A stretch of DNA of 64,000 bases from a plasmid. Under the pieces are notes generated by a model that was given only the letters and a program-made list of their open reading frames with translations, was not told the origin of the DNA and made no database searches. Made by a program: the position numbers and the translations under genes. Below are positions 27,876 to 37,154 of this stretch, one piece after another; position 1 is the first letter of the stretch, and every line of letters begins with the position of its first letter. The stretch lies in the sequence record NZ_CP023785.1, one strand, 5' to 3'.

Positions 27876-30248
27876 ATGGCAGAAGAAAAAGAACCACTAG
27901 ACAATAGTCGCTTGGGAAAATCCAAAAGAAAATTAGTACGATTGCAAAATGAATTAAACGAACAAATTGAGAAGATGTTTGAACACCAGAGAAAGACCAA
28001 CGGTCAGCCAATGAACGATAAGAGAAATGGGCATTCTTGGTTTAGGCAACAAGAACGTTTAGAAAACAAAGTGCATAGTCTGAGAGAAGAGATCAAGCAA
28101 CAAGAAAAACAGGTAGAAAAACTTGAAAGACAAGAAGAGCTAAAGGAAATGGGCTATAACAAGTACGGCGGCCTGGATATGACAATCGAAAATATTCCAA
28201 GAATCAAAGAAGAAATCGAACGCTTTGAAAAAGGTGAATCGACTTTTTCAGCCGCTACGATCCGAAAATACCAACGGAAATTGGAAACATTAGAACAGCT
28301 GAAAGAAAGATCAGAAAAAGGAAAAGAAAATCTTCTTCCTGAAGTACAAGCAATTATTGACAGCGGACGAGTGACGCAATGGAAAAAAAATCCAACCATT
28401 TATTTTTTGAAAGACTATCGAAAAGTTGCTTTAGAACTGAATGAAAACGGGGGATTTGAGGAATCAAAAAAATACCAAGCCACGTCGGAAGAGGAAAAAG
28501 CAGCTGTTCGTGAATTACTTGAAGAGGCTGCGCCAACTGATTCTTTGAAGGAGAAAGAAAACGATCATTTCTATCGAGTAGAATTCAACGAAAATGATCC
28601 AGAAAAAGGATTGAAAAGTTATGGTGGGGAGATCGTAACATTAGAATTGATCGATCAACTCAAAACGTTGGATAACCAATACGCCGCAGAAGCAGGTTAT
28701 TATAAATTCTATTTTGAAGAAGTGAAGAACGGAGAAGTAGTCGATCAGATCCGAATGGATCTAGGGGATGGCGTCAACAGTAATCAACCCATCTATTTAG
28801 AGTTAGCAAAATTGTGCGAACAAGTACCTGAAAAGGAACAAAAACAAACGGTCAAAAATGAACCTGTTTCGAAAGAACAAATGCAGTCGAAAGAAACAAA
28901 AACAAAACAAAAGGGCTATCAAAAACGAACGGCAGAAGAGATTAAGCAAGAAGTCAAATCCCTTTCGCAACAGGCACTGGATGCGGTGAAAAAGCATACC
29001 CATTCTCCTGAAGACGTGAAAGAACTTTTGAATTTTATGTCTCGTTTTCCAGAACGATCCTTTAGAAATCAATTATTGATTGAGGAACAATTTCCAGGTG
29101 CAACGGCTTGTTTAGGTCGTGCTGCGTTGAAAAAAGAAGGAATCTATATCAAAAAAGGGGAACAAGGGAACAAGATCTTTGTCAGAAAAACGGTCAAAGG
29201 ATTTTATGAGAAAGGACGTGGCTTTGTTCGAGAAACAGAAGCTACACCAGAAGATAAAAAACGAATCGAAAGTGGTCAAATCGAAGTGATCAAAAAACCT
29301 TACTACACGATTGAAAAAGTGTTTGATATCACACAAACACAGTTAAAACCTGAAGACTATCCGAAAATCTTTCCGAACCGTGTCTTTGATTTTCAATTGG
29401 ATAAAAAAGGACAGTCAGAACTTCAAGCTGGGATTCAAGCGGTAGCCAACAATATTGGAATACAAATTCGAGATATGACAGAAAGTGAAGTCTATCAAAG
29501 AGAATTAGGACAAGCACGGGGGGCGTATGTTCGTAACGAATTTACTGGCGAAGAAGAAATCGTCATGAATACTCGAAATACTCCTACGCAGCATTTAGCT
29601 ACAAGTATTCATGAATTAGCCCATGCAAGAATGCACAAATTTTCAGAATTAGATACCGCAACTAAAGAATTGCAGGCAGAAATGACTTCTTATATTGTGT
29701 GCAAACATTTTGGAATGGACACTTCGGAGAAAGCTATTCCTTATATTGCAGCATGGACGAAGAATGGTCAGACGTTGGATGATAAGGAAGCGGCGGAACG
29801 TGGGAAAATCATGAATGATGTCAGCCGTGTCGCAAATGAATTCATTCAAACCATTTCTAATGAAATCAATCAATACAGAGAAAGAGAACCAGAGATCCAA
29901 CCAGCAGAAGTGAAGCAGGAGCATAAAAATACTGTAGAAACGGCAGAGAATAAGAATATTGTGCCCGTTGGTTCACTTTGGATCGACAAGAAAGACGGGA
30001 AAGTAATGGAAGAAGATACGGGTCGAACGTTACATTTGAAGGATGCGGCGTTTATTGAAGATCCGCAGCATAATCAAGTGATTTTAAAAGGAAAAAGTTA
30101 TGGAAAAGAGATTCAAACGGCGTTACCTTCAGAAGAATTTGCGCTAGGAAATCCATTCCGATTTTCACTTGAAACAGTGTCAGAAGTGGCCAAACGAAAA
30201 AATGAAATCTATTATGAACAACAATTGTCACAAAAAGAACGCGTATAA
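27876..30248 (+). CDS. Large ArdC-like protein: coiled-coil N-terminus, central ssDNA-binding-like region, C-terminal zincin HExxH metalloprotease-like motif
   Basis: GAGGAGG RBS. The HELAHARMH motif follows TQHLATSIHE. This architecture is typical of anti-restriction ArdC-like proteins found in leading regions. Confidence 0.35.
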   Translation: MAEEKEPLDNSRLGKSKRKLVRLQNELNEQIEKMFEHQRKTNGQPMNDKRNGHSWFRQQERLENKVHSLREEIKQQEKQVEKLERQEELKEMGYNKYGGLDMTIENIPRIKEEIERFEKGESTFSAATIRKYQRKLETLEQLKERSEKGKENLLPEVQAIIDSGRVTQWKKNPTIYFLKDYRKVALELNENGGFEESKKYQATSEEEKAAVRELLEEAAPTDSLKEKENDHFYRVEFNENDPEKGLKSYGGEIVTLELIDQLKTLDNQYAAEAGYYKFYFEEVKNGEVVDQIRMDLGDGVNSNQPIYLELAKLCEQVPEKEQKQTVKNEPVSKEQMQSKETKTKQKGYQKRTAEEIKQEVKSLSQQALDAVKKHTHSPEDVKELLNFMSRFPERSFRNQLLIEEQFPGATACLGRAALKKEGIYIKKGEQGNKIFVRKTVKGFYEKGRGFVRETEATPEDKKRIESGQIEVIKKPYYTIEKVFDITQTQLKPEDYPKIFPNRVFDFQLDKKGQSELQAGIQAVANNIGIQIRDMTESEVYQRELGQARGAYVRNEFTGEEEIVMNTRNTPTQHLATSIHELAHARMHKFSELDTATKELQAEMTSYIVCKHFGMDTSEKAIPYIAAWTKNGQTLDDKEAAERGKIMNDVSRVANEFIQTISNEINQYREREPEIQPAEVKQEHKNTVETAENKNIVPVGSLWIDKKDGKVMEEDTGRTLHLKDAAFIEDPQHNQVILKGKSYGKEIQTALPSEEFALGNPFRFSLETVSEVAKRKNEIYYEQQLSQKERV

Positions 30249-30255
30249 AACAAGT

Positions 30256-30289
30256 AAAAAAGACTATCTGAAAAACGGATAGTCTTTTT
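30256..30289 (+). terminator. Rho-independent terminator
   Basis: AAAAAGACTATC-loop-GATAGTCTTTTTT. Confidence 0.65.
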
Positions 30290-30308
30290 TCTTTTGGGAG
30301 GTTTGAAA

Positions 30309-31778
30309 ATGACCGAAAAAAAAATGAGTCTTATTGATCGATGTAAACAGATCGATATAGTGGATTTTGCTCGAAACAATGGAATGGCTGTAGTCAATAA
30401 AGGACGAGACTATCGCTTAGAAGACCATGATTCATTTGTTTTTGATCGAAGAAAACAACGTTTTTATTGGAACAGTCAAAATATTAGTGGCGACATTATT
30501 GAATTAGCTAAACTTTTTTTCATAGACAAAGAGATCCAAGACTCTAAGCAACAATTTAAAGCAGCCACAGATTTTATTCTAAAGAATGAAGACAAAACAG
30601 AACGAGTAGAAAATCTTCATTTTGAGACAGAAAAGTACAAAGATCACCCCGTTGATTATCAACCACTCACAGAAAAAGGAAGGAATTATCTGAAGGAAGA
30701 ACGAAAACTACCAGAGTGGCTGATTGATTATGCAGAAAAAGAAGGGTTGATTGCTGAACTAAAGCCGAAACATGAACGGCAAAATTTTTTAGTTGGAGAC
30801 GACCGTTTAGATCATGCGGTTGCTTTTTTATGGAAAGATCCACAGACAGGAGAGACAGTAGGGGCAAGTTATCAAGGAACGATCGTCGATTTTAATCGTT
30901 TCGGTAAACGGGGAACGTATAAACACATTGACAAGAATCCTACGCCAAATCACGGATTTAATTTAAAAATAGGCGATCCGAAGCATTTAAAATTCTTTGA
31001 AAGTAGTATTGATCTGTTAAGTTACGCTGCATTGAATCGGGAGAAACTACAAGATGCCTGGTTAGTTTCGATGGACGGGTTAAAACATCATGTAATCAGT
31101 CATTACGTTGAAGAGTCGATTTCTGAATTAAGACGAAAACAAACATTTCCTCAATCGATTGAAATATGTGTGGACAATGATCGTGCAGGACATATTTTTT
31201 ATGAAAAAGAACAGATGAAGGGAATCGTTGATCCTTTTACCAATAAGAAAATCCGTTGTGAGCGAGGAATTCCAAATGATTGGCAAGTACCTAAAGAATA
31301 CAAAGCTACTTATGAAGCAGTCGCAAAAGAAATGAGTGTTGAACCTGAAGCAATTATGGCCATACACAAAACTGAAACTAATTTACAGCTGACAAATCAA
31401 TTGGTGTCTGCTCATGATGTTCAATCTACGTTTGGAAAGATGTTGGCGAAGGGCGAACCAGTAGAAACAATTGATTTGAAAGAAGCATGTACCACGGTCG
31501 CGAAGGAACTGAAAGTATGTGAACGCGCAGATGGAACATACAACTTTGATCGTTTTTATAGTAGAAAAGCCAACATAAAAGACGTTAATGCAGGAATCCT
31601 TCTTTCCTATAAAGCAGAACAATACTACAAAGGCTATAAAAAGCATGAACATGAATTTGTACCTGAAGTGAAAAAGGATTGGAATGATCAATTGAAGCAT
31701 GAGATCCAGCAACAAGAAATCAGAAAGCAAAAACGTGCGATGTTGTTTCAACAAGGCAGACAACAAGAAAGGGAGTGA
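30309..31778 (+). CDS. Toprim-domain protein (DUF3991/primase-like), conjugative plasmid type
   Basis: Has the ICVDNDRAGHIFYEKE Toprim DxD motif. A GGGAGG RBS is present. Confidence 0.5.
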   Translation: MTEKKMSLIDRCKQIDIVDFARNNGMAVVNKGRDYRLEDHDSFVFDRRKQRFYWNSQNISGDIIELAKLFFIDKEIQDSKQQFKAATDFILKNEDKTERVENLHFETEKYKDHPVDYQPLTEKGRNYLKEERKLPEWLIDYAEKEGLIAELKPKHERQNFLVGDDRLDHAVAFLWKDPQTGETVGASYQGTIVDFNRFGKRGTYKHIDKNPTPNHGFNLKIGDPKHLKFFESSIDLLSYAALNREKLQDAWLVSMDGLKHHVISHYVEESISELRRKQTFPQSIEICVDNDRAGHIFYEKEQMKGIVDPFTNKKIRCERGIPNDWQVPKEYKATYEAVAKEMSVEPEAIMAIHKTETNLQLTNQLVSAHDVQSTFGKMLAKGEPVETIDLKEACTTVAKELKVCERADGTYNFDRFYSRKANIKDVNAGILLSYKAEQYYKGYKKHEHEFVPEVKKDWNDQLKHEIQQQEIRKQKRAMLFQQGRQQERE

Positions 31779-31788
31779 AGTCGTCACT

Positions 31789-33798
31789 ATGAAAACCGTC
31801 ATTTTAGCAGAAAAACCGTCACAAGCGAAGGCTTATGCCGATAGCTTTTCTAAAGCTACCCGAAAAGATGGGTATTTTGAGATCCAAGATCGATTGTTTA
31901 CAGGAGAAACTGTGATCACGTATGGTTTTGGTCATTTAGTCGAGTTAGATTCGCCCGATATGTACGATGAAAAATGGAAACAATGGGCATTAGAACATTT
32001 GCCTATTTTCCCCAATCAATACCACTATCATGTTCCTAAAGATAAGAAAAAGCAGTTTAGTGTCGTCAAACGACAGCTGCAGTCAGCTGATACGATTGTG
32101 ATCGCGACTGATAGCGATCGTGAAGGGGAGCTGATTGCCTGGTCAATCATTCAACAAGCAGGCGCCAATCAAGGAAAAACCTTTAAAAGACTTTGGATCA
32201 ACTCCTTAGAAAAAGAAGCCATTTATCAGGGATTCCAACAGTTACGAGACGCAGAAGAGACCTATCCAAAATTTGAAGAAGTACAAGCACGTCAGATCGC
32301 CGATTGGTTAATTGGGATGAACGGTAGCCCACTGTATAGTTTACTCTTGCAGCAAAAAGGCATACCAGGAAGTTTTTCTTTAGGTAGAGTCCAAACCCCA
32401 ACACTCTATATGATTTATCAATTGCAGGAAAAGATTAGAAACTTCCAAAAAGAACCATATTTTGAAGGAAAAGCCCAAGTAATCGCTCAAAATGGCGCAT
32501 TTGATGCGAAGCTTGATCCAAATGAAACCCAAGCGACACAAGAAGCATTTGAAGCCTATTTAAAAGAAAAAGGTGTTCAATTAGGAAAACAGCCAGGTAC
32601 GATCCTTCAAGTCGAAACAGAGAAAAAAAGTGCGGCTAGCCCACGTCTTTTTTCTTTATCGAGCCTTCAGTCTAAAATGAATCAACTCATGAAAGCTAGT
32701 GCCAAAGATACTTTGGAAGCCATGCAAGGGTTGTATGAAGGAAAATATCTAAGCTATCCGCGAACGGATACCCCTTATATTACGGAAGGGGAATATGCGT
32801 ATCTGTTGGATCACTTAGACGAATACAAGCATTTTTTAAAAGCCGAAGCGATTCCGACTCCTATTCATACACCGAATAGTCGGTATGTGAATAATAAGAA
32901 AGTCCAGGAACATTACGCGATCATTCCTACAAAAACGGTTATGACAGCAGCGGCTTTTGAACAACTAAGTCCACTGCAGCAGGCTATTTATGAACAAGTG
33001 TTAAAAACAACGGTGGCCATGTTTGCGGAAAAGTATACCTATGAAGAAACAACGATCTTGACGCAAGTTCAGCAGCTTCAGTTAAAGGCAATCGAAAAGG
33101 TGCCGCTAGATCTAGGTTGGAAGAAGTTATTTGGAAAAGAGAGCGACGGAAAAGAGAAGGAAGAAGAGCCGCTACTTCCTAAAGTGACAAAAGGAGAAAT
33201 GGTGACGGTGGATCTACAAGTTCTTGAAAAAGAAACCAAGCCACCACAACCTTATACCGAAGGTACGTTGATCACTGCAATGAAAACAGCTGGGAAAACC
33301 GTGGATAGTGAAGAAGCGCAATCCATATTGAAAGAAGTGGAAGGAATCGGTACAGAAGCGACACGGGCGAATATTATTGAAACCTTGAAACAAAAGGAAT
33401 ATATCAAGGTAGAGAAAAATAAGCTCGTGGTGACGAATAAAGGGATTTTGCTTTGCCAAGCCGTGGAAAAAGAGCCGCTGCTTACGAGCGCCGAAATGAC
33501 CGCCAAATGGGAAAGCTACTTGTTAAAGATCGGTGAACGAAAAGGAACACAAACCACTTTTCTAGCCAATATCCAAAAATTTGTCTCTCACTTATTGGAA
33601 GTCGTACCAGGGCAAATCCAATCCACTGATTTTGGATCGACGTTACAAGAAGTGAAAGCAGCCAGTGAAAAGCAAGAAGCCGCGCGTCATTTAGGAATTT
33701 GTCCAAAATGCCAGGAACAAGAAGTCTTACTCTATCAAAAGGTGGCAGCTTGTACGTCTGAAGCCTGTGATTTTAAAAGGTCAGAAGGGTTCATTTGA
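31789..33798 (+). CDS. topB: Type IA DNA topoisomerase (topoisomerase III)
   Basis: N-terminal Toprim MKTVILAEKPSQAKAYA...TYGFGHLVEL...DSDREGE. The C-terminus has a C4 zinc ribbon (CPKC...C..C). The start was chosen at the internal ATG, not the longer overlapping listed ORF. Confidence 0.75.
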   Translation: MKTVILAEKPSQAKAYADSFSKATRKDGYFEIQDRLFTGETVITYGFGHLVELDSPDMYDEKWKQWALEHLPIFPNQYHYHVPKDKKKQFSVVKRQLQSADTIVIATDSDREGELIAWSIIQQAGANQGKTFKRLWINSLEKEAIYQGFQQLRDAEETYPKFEEVQARQIADWLIGMNGSPLYSLLLQQKGIPGSFSLGRVQTPTLYMIYQLQEKIRNFQKEPYFEGKAQVIAQNGAFDAKLDPNETQATQEAFEAYLKEKGVQLGKQPGTILQVETEKKSAASPRLFSLSSLQSKMNQLMKASAKDTLEAMQGLYEGKYLSYPRTDTPYITEGEYAYLLDHLDEYKHFLKAEAIPTPIHTPNSRYVNNKKVQEHYAIIPTKTVMTAAAFEQLSPLQQAIYEQVLKTTVAMFAEKYTYEETTILTQVQQLQLKAIEKVPLDLGWKKLFGKESDGKEKEEEPLLPKVTKGEMVTVDLQVLEKETKPPQPYTEGTLITAMKTAGKTVDSEEAQSILKEVEGIGTEATRANIIETLKQKEYIKVEKNKLVVTNKGILLCQAVEKEPLLTSAEMTAKWESYLLKIGERKGTQTTFLANIQKFVSHLLEVVPGQIQSTDFGSTLQEVKAASEKQEAARHLGICPKCQEQEVLLYQKVAACTSEACDFKRSEGFI

Positions 33799-33913
33799 AG
33801 CAACGATTGTTTTAAAAGAAGACTTCACTACAGGCTTTGAATTTTCTGAAAAGAAAAAAACGAACTTCAAGAAAAGAACACGCCGCACTGCAAAATAATG
33901 GAGGGTTAATCTT

Positions 33914-34063
33914 ATGCGTAATACCACACACAAACAACAAGAAATCGAAAATCAAAAAGCCAAAATTCGTTCAGAACAGGAAAAAATGCGTGCCAGCAAA
34001 CGAAGACTGCAGCAATTGAAGAACCAGCAGAGGATTCAAAAAGAAATCGAATTAGATCGATAA
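33914..34063 (+). CDS. Small basic coiled-coil protein (49 aa)
   Basis: A GGAGGG RBS lies 8 nt upstream. Below the ORF-track size cut-off. Confidence 0.3.
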   Translation: MRNTTHKQQEIENQKAKIRSEQEKMRASKRRLQQLKNQQRIQKEIELDR

Positions 34064-34079
34064 AATCTTCCTAACTATT

Positions 34080-34131
34080 GTATACGTATAAACTTATGTT
34101 ATACTGTTTTTATAAGTTTATACGTATACAA
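34080..34131. promoter_or_regulatory. Perfect 19-bp inverted repeat operator upstream of abiEi
   Basis: TGTATACGTATAAACTTAT-N14-ATAAGTTTATACGTATACA ends 12 nt before the GGAGGG RBS. Confidence 0.55.
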
Positions 34132-34143
34132 AGGAGGGAGAAA

Positions 34144-34740
34144 ATGACAAAAGCAATGGTATACAAGCTGCTAGAAGAATTTAATGGAACTTTGGCTTTG
34201 AAGGATGCCAAAAAAGCGGGCATTTCTCCTGTAACGATCAAACGTATGGTAGATCGAGGGGAGCTGGATCGAGAGTATCCAGGTTTTTTCACCTTACCTG
34301 GTCAATTTCCTGATGAATTGTTTATGGCGCAAAAAAAATATGAACGCGGCATTATTTCACATATTACCGCGTTAGATTTGTATGATTTAACAGATATGAT
34401 CCCTAGACAGATCGATCTGACTGTACCTTACGGTTATCACGTTTCTGAAAAAGGATTGAAGGAATTCGCAGTTGAGCTACACTATACAAAAGCGGAATGG
34501 TATGAATTAGGTAAGATTGAAATAAAAAGTCGCTATGGGAATCCTATTATAGCTTATGATCCAGAAAAAACCTTGTGTGACATTTGGAATCCCTGGTATA
34601 ACGTTGAGGATGAAATCAAAGTAAAAGCAATCAAAAACTACATGGAGTCGGACAGAAAAAATCTTAGAAAATTGAATGAGTATCGACGAATTTTGCCTAC
34701 AGATAAAACGATGCGCTCTTATATTATGGCTTTAAATTAA
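34144..34740 (+). CDS. abiEi: AbiEi-family antitoxin/transcriptional regulator (type IV TA)
   Basis: The N-terminus has a wHTH-like pattern (LKDAKKAGISPVTIKRMVDRGELDREYPGFF). It is paired with a downstream DUF1814-like gene. A GGAGGG RBS is present. Confidence 0.55.
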   Translation: MTKAMVYKLLEEFNGTLALKDAKKAGISPVTIKRMVDRGELDREYPGFFTLPGQFPDELFMAQKKYERGIISHITALDLYDLTDMIPRQIDLTVPYGYHVSEKGLKEFAVELHYTKAEWYELGKIEIKSRYGNPIIAYDPEKTLCDIWNPWYNVEDEIKVKAIKNYMESDRKNLRKLNEYRRILPTDKTMRSYIMALN

Positions 34741-34752
34741 AGGAGAATACAC

Positions 34753-35652
34753 ATGACACCTACGCAATTAAAAGCAAAAGTGAAGAATATTTCTAGAGAA
34801 AAAGAAGTTGATCCGCAGCTTGTTTTAAGACATTTTATGATGGAAAAATTCTTGGAAAAAATCTCAGAGTCTCCTTATCGTGAAAATTTTGTGTTAAAAG
34901 GCGGCTTCTTAATTGGCTCAAAGTATGGCATTGAAAATCGAACAACTAAAGACATTGATACGACTTTACGGGAAATGAAAGTAACCAAAGAAACATTGAC
35001 AACGGTTCTAAACGATATTTTTTCAACGCCGACGAAAGAAGGCATTCAATTTGAGATTCAAGGAATGAAAGAAACGAGGGAAGCTGATTATTATCCAGGG
35101 TTTAGCTTACGTGTACTGGCACATTTGGAAAACATGCGGCCAGATTTTAAGGTAGATGTTACTACAGGTGACTCGATCTATCCTGCGACGATCACTCACA
35201 GTCATAAATTGATGTTTGAGGATCGAACGATTCCTTTGGAATCCTATCCTACAGAACAAATTATTGCTGAAAAATTAAGTGCAACCTTTGATTTTTTAAC
35301 AGATAATTCGAGAGGAAAAGATTTTTATGATCTCTATACTATTCCTAAAATGGAGAAGATCGATGAGAAGACCTTGAAAGATAGTGTGAGAAATACATTT
35401 ACACGTCGAGGAAAAACTGATCCGTTAAAGATATACTATGAAAAGGATATGGATGTACTGAAAAATAGTCACGAGCTAAAAGATACCTGGAAGAAATATC
35501 AAAAAAGCAATCCTTATGCTGCGTCGATCACGTACGATGAGACAATGGATTCGATTAGTAATTTGATGGAAAAAGTGATTCACGTCGAAGAAAAAGAGCG
35601 AAAACTAGCTTATCAAAGACACCAACAGATGAATAGAGAAATGGAGAGATAA
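34753..35652 (+). CDS. abiEii: AbiEii/AbiGii-family nucleotidyltransferase toxin (DUF1814)
   Basis: The N-terminal motif is [26 protein letters not shown] (a KGG...R.T.DID nucleotidyltransferase signature). 299 aa. Confidence 0.6.
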   Translation: MTPTQLKAKVKNISREKEVDPQLVLRHFMMEKFLEKISESPYRENFVLKGGFLIGSKYGIENRTTKDIDTTLREMKVTKETLTTVLNDIFSTPTKEGIQFEIQGMKETREADYYPGFSLRVLAHLENMRPDFKVDVTTGDSIYPATITHSHKLMFEDRTIPLESYPTEQIIAEKLSATFDFLTDNSRGKDFYDLYTIPKMEKIDEKTLKDSVRNTFTRRGKTDPLKIYYEKDMDVLKNSHELKDTWKKYQKSNPYAASITYDETMDSISNLMEKVIHVEEKERKLAYQRHQQMNREMER

Positions 35653-35654
35653 AG

Positions 35655-36140
35655 ATGATTAATAATGTGACATTAGTAGGACGCTTAACCAAAGATCCTG
35701 ATTTACGTTATACCGCAAGTGGTACTGCAGTAGCGACTTTTACCCTAGCCGTCAACCGAAATTTCACGAATCAAAACGGCAATTGAGAAGCCGATTTTAT
35801 TAACTGCGTGATTTGGCGCAAACCAGCAGAAACAATGGCGACATTAGCTAAAAAAGGTAGCTTGATTGGTGTAGTTGGGCGGATTCAAACGCGGACTTAC
35901 GACAACCAGCAAGGACAACGTGTATATGTGACTGAAGTTGTAGCAGATAACTTTCAACTATTAGAAAGTAAAGCAGCGACAGAGAGCCGTGCGCACGCTG
36001 ATCAATCGTCCACCAGTCCAAGCACCGCCACCTTTGAACAACGGAATACAGCGACGCCTAACAACAATGGATTGAACGCTTCACAGAATCCATTTGGTGG
36101 ACAATCAATCGATATTAGCGATGATGATCTACCGTTTTAG
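35655..36140 (+). pseudogene. ssb: Single-stranded DNA-binding protein gene interrupted by an in-frame TGA at codon 41
   Basis: The N-terminus reads [43 protein letters not shown], then TGA. The same frame continues [59 protein letters not shown]...DDDLPF, which is an SSB OB-fold and acidic tail. Confidence 0.7.
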
Positions 36141-36184
36141 TTTGAGAAAGAAGGAGTAAGCATGGCAAAAAAATTAGTCTGACG

Positions 36185-36418
36185 ATGGATCTATTGATAC
36201 CCGTAATTGCATTTATAGACGGGATTTCTTTGGGCGTCACTGAAAATCCTTTGGTAAATAGAATTGCGAAAGGATCACTATTTCTTGTATTCGTGTATCT
36301 TGTCTGTTCTTATCTTTTAAAAAGAGCAGGAAAGGATAATTCCTTTTGGCGATTGACTAAAGTCACAGTAGCAGCGACAGCTGTTATACTTACGGCTATT
36401 CTACCGCTTTATATGTAG
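36185..36418 (+). CDS. Small membrane protein; alternative RBS-supported start at 36162 requires +1 shift in an A7 tract
   Basis: 77 aa with two TM segments. The ATG at 36162 has an AAGGAG RBS but terminates after 6 codons unless the A7 run (36167-36173) were A8. Confidence 0.35.
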   Translation: MDLLIPVIAFIDGISLGVTENPLVNRIAKGSLFLVFVYLVCSYLLKRAGKDNSFWRLTKVTVAATAVILTAILPLYM

Positions 36419-36433
36419 AGTTAACGGGAAATC

Positions 36434-36468
36434 GTTGAACTTCTTGCGAAATATTGCTATAATGAACA
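36434..36468 (+). promoter_or_regulatory. Consensus-like sigma-A promoter driving a short convergent RNA
   Basis: TTGAAC-17bp-TATAAT. Confidence 0.5.
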
Positions 36469-36477
36469 TGAAAAAGA

Positions 36478-36590
36478 GGAGTTGCGCTAACAACCCCTCA
36501 TTAACAGCACCGATTAAAGAACGGTGGCAGAATATTAGTTATTTGGAAATAACCGCTGACCTGCTAAAGTAGACGGTTATTTCTTTTTGT
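36478..36590 (+). ncRNA. Predicted ~110-nt antisense sRNA (type I antitoxin candidate) ending at terminator overlapping toxin 3' end
   Basis: The promoter at 36434-36468 is followed by a hairpin terminator GAAATAACCG-N18-CGGTTATTTC and a TTTTTG run at 36547-36590. No plausible ORF. Overlaps the stop codon and 3' end of the minus-strand toxin gene. Confidence 0.4.
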
Positions 36591-36681
36591 CATTTTTAAG
36601 CATATTTACAATCAAACTAATCAAAGCAATGGTAAACATACCAAAACCAAGAATGGTTTGAATTGTCTCATATGCGGACAA
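36577..36681 (-). CDS. Holin-like type I toxin peptide (34 aa, single TM, KNDKKK tail)
   Basis: The TTG start has an AAGGAG RBS 8 nt upstream and gives MSAYETIQTILGFGMFTIALISLIVNMLKNDKKK. An in-frame ATG at 36699 would give 40 aa but has no RBS. An extended -10 (TGCTATAAT) lies upstream on the minus strand at ~36769-36777. Confidence 0.5.
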   Translation of the reverse strand: MSAYETIQTILGFGMFTIALISLIVNMLKNDKKK

Positions 36682-36888
36682 AAGGCTTACTCCTTTCATA
36701 GATTTTAGCACTTACATTCATAAGCACCACCACCTTTCCAGAAGTCGCCACCGTCTTCAAACTTTACTGTCTTGACTATTATAGCATATCTAAAATCGAA
36801 TAAAAATTCTCAATTTTAGCTGTTTTTGCTATAATTTTAGCGAGGTGATCGTGATGGAACAATATATTGGTTTACTCGATAAATTAGG

Positions 36889-37113
36889 GTGATCAAGACA
36901 CAGCCATTGCTTGTGCGATTTACATTACGCACGAGTCATGAACCAATCAATTGTGTAGTGGCCAATATAGAAATAGCGGATAAATTGCTGATTTTGGAAG
37001 AAGGCAAGTATACTATTTCAGTGACAGGTCACTTCAATAAACGAAAGCAACTAGTCATTGAATCAATGCAAATTAGAAACCCTGATCATTTTACGCGATC
37101 GATGAGCATATAA
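36889..37113 (+). CDS. Hypothetical protein
   Basis: 74 aa. An upstream extended -10 TGCTATAAT is followed by a 12-codon mini-ORF with a GAGGTG RBS. Confidence 0.3.
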   Translation: MIKTQPLLVRFTLRTSHEPINCVVANIEIADKLLILEEGKYTISVTGHFNKRKQLVIESMQIRNPDHFTRSMSI

Positions 37114-37119
37114 AAGAAG

Positions 37120-37154
37120 AGCTGCAGTCCTAAATGAGGATTGTAGCTCTTTTT
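37120..37154 (+). terminator. Rho-independent terminator
   Basis: AGAGCTGCAG-loop-AGCTCTTTTTG. Confidence 0.55.

Noticed and set aside
28154-29924. Seven short minus-strand ORFs inside the ArdC-like gene
   Set aside because: They are typical antisense shadow ORFs of an E/K-rich gene, have no RBSs, and overlap one another.
31699-31788. Upstream extension of topB and overlapping minus ORFs 31383..31802 and 31128..31367
   Set aside because: The extension overlaps the 3' end of the Toprim gene and lacks an RBS. The minus-strand ORFs are antisense shadows.
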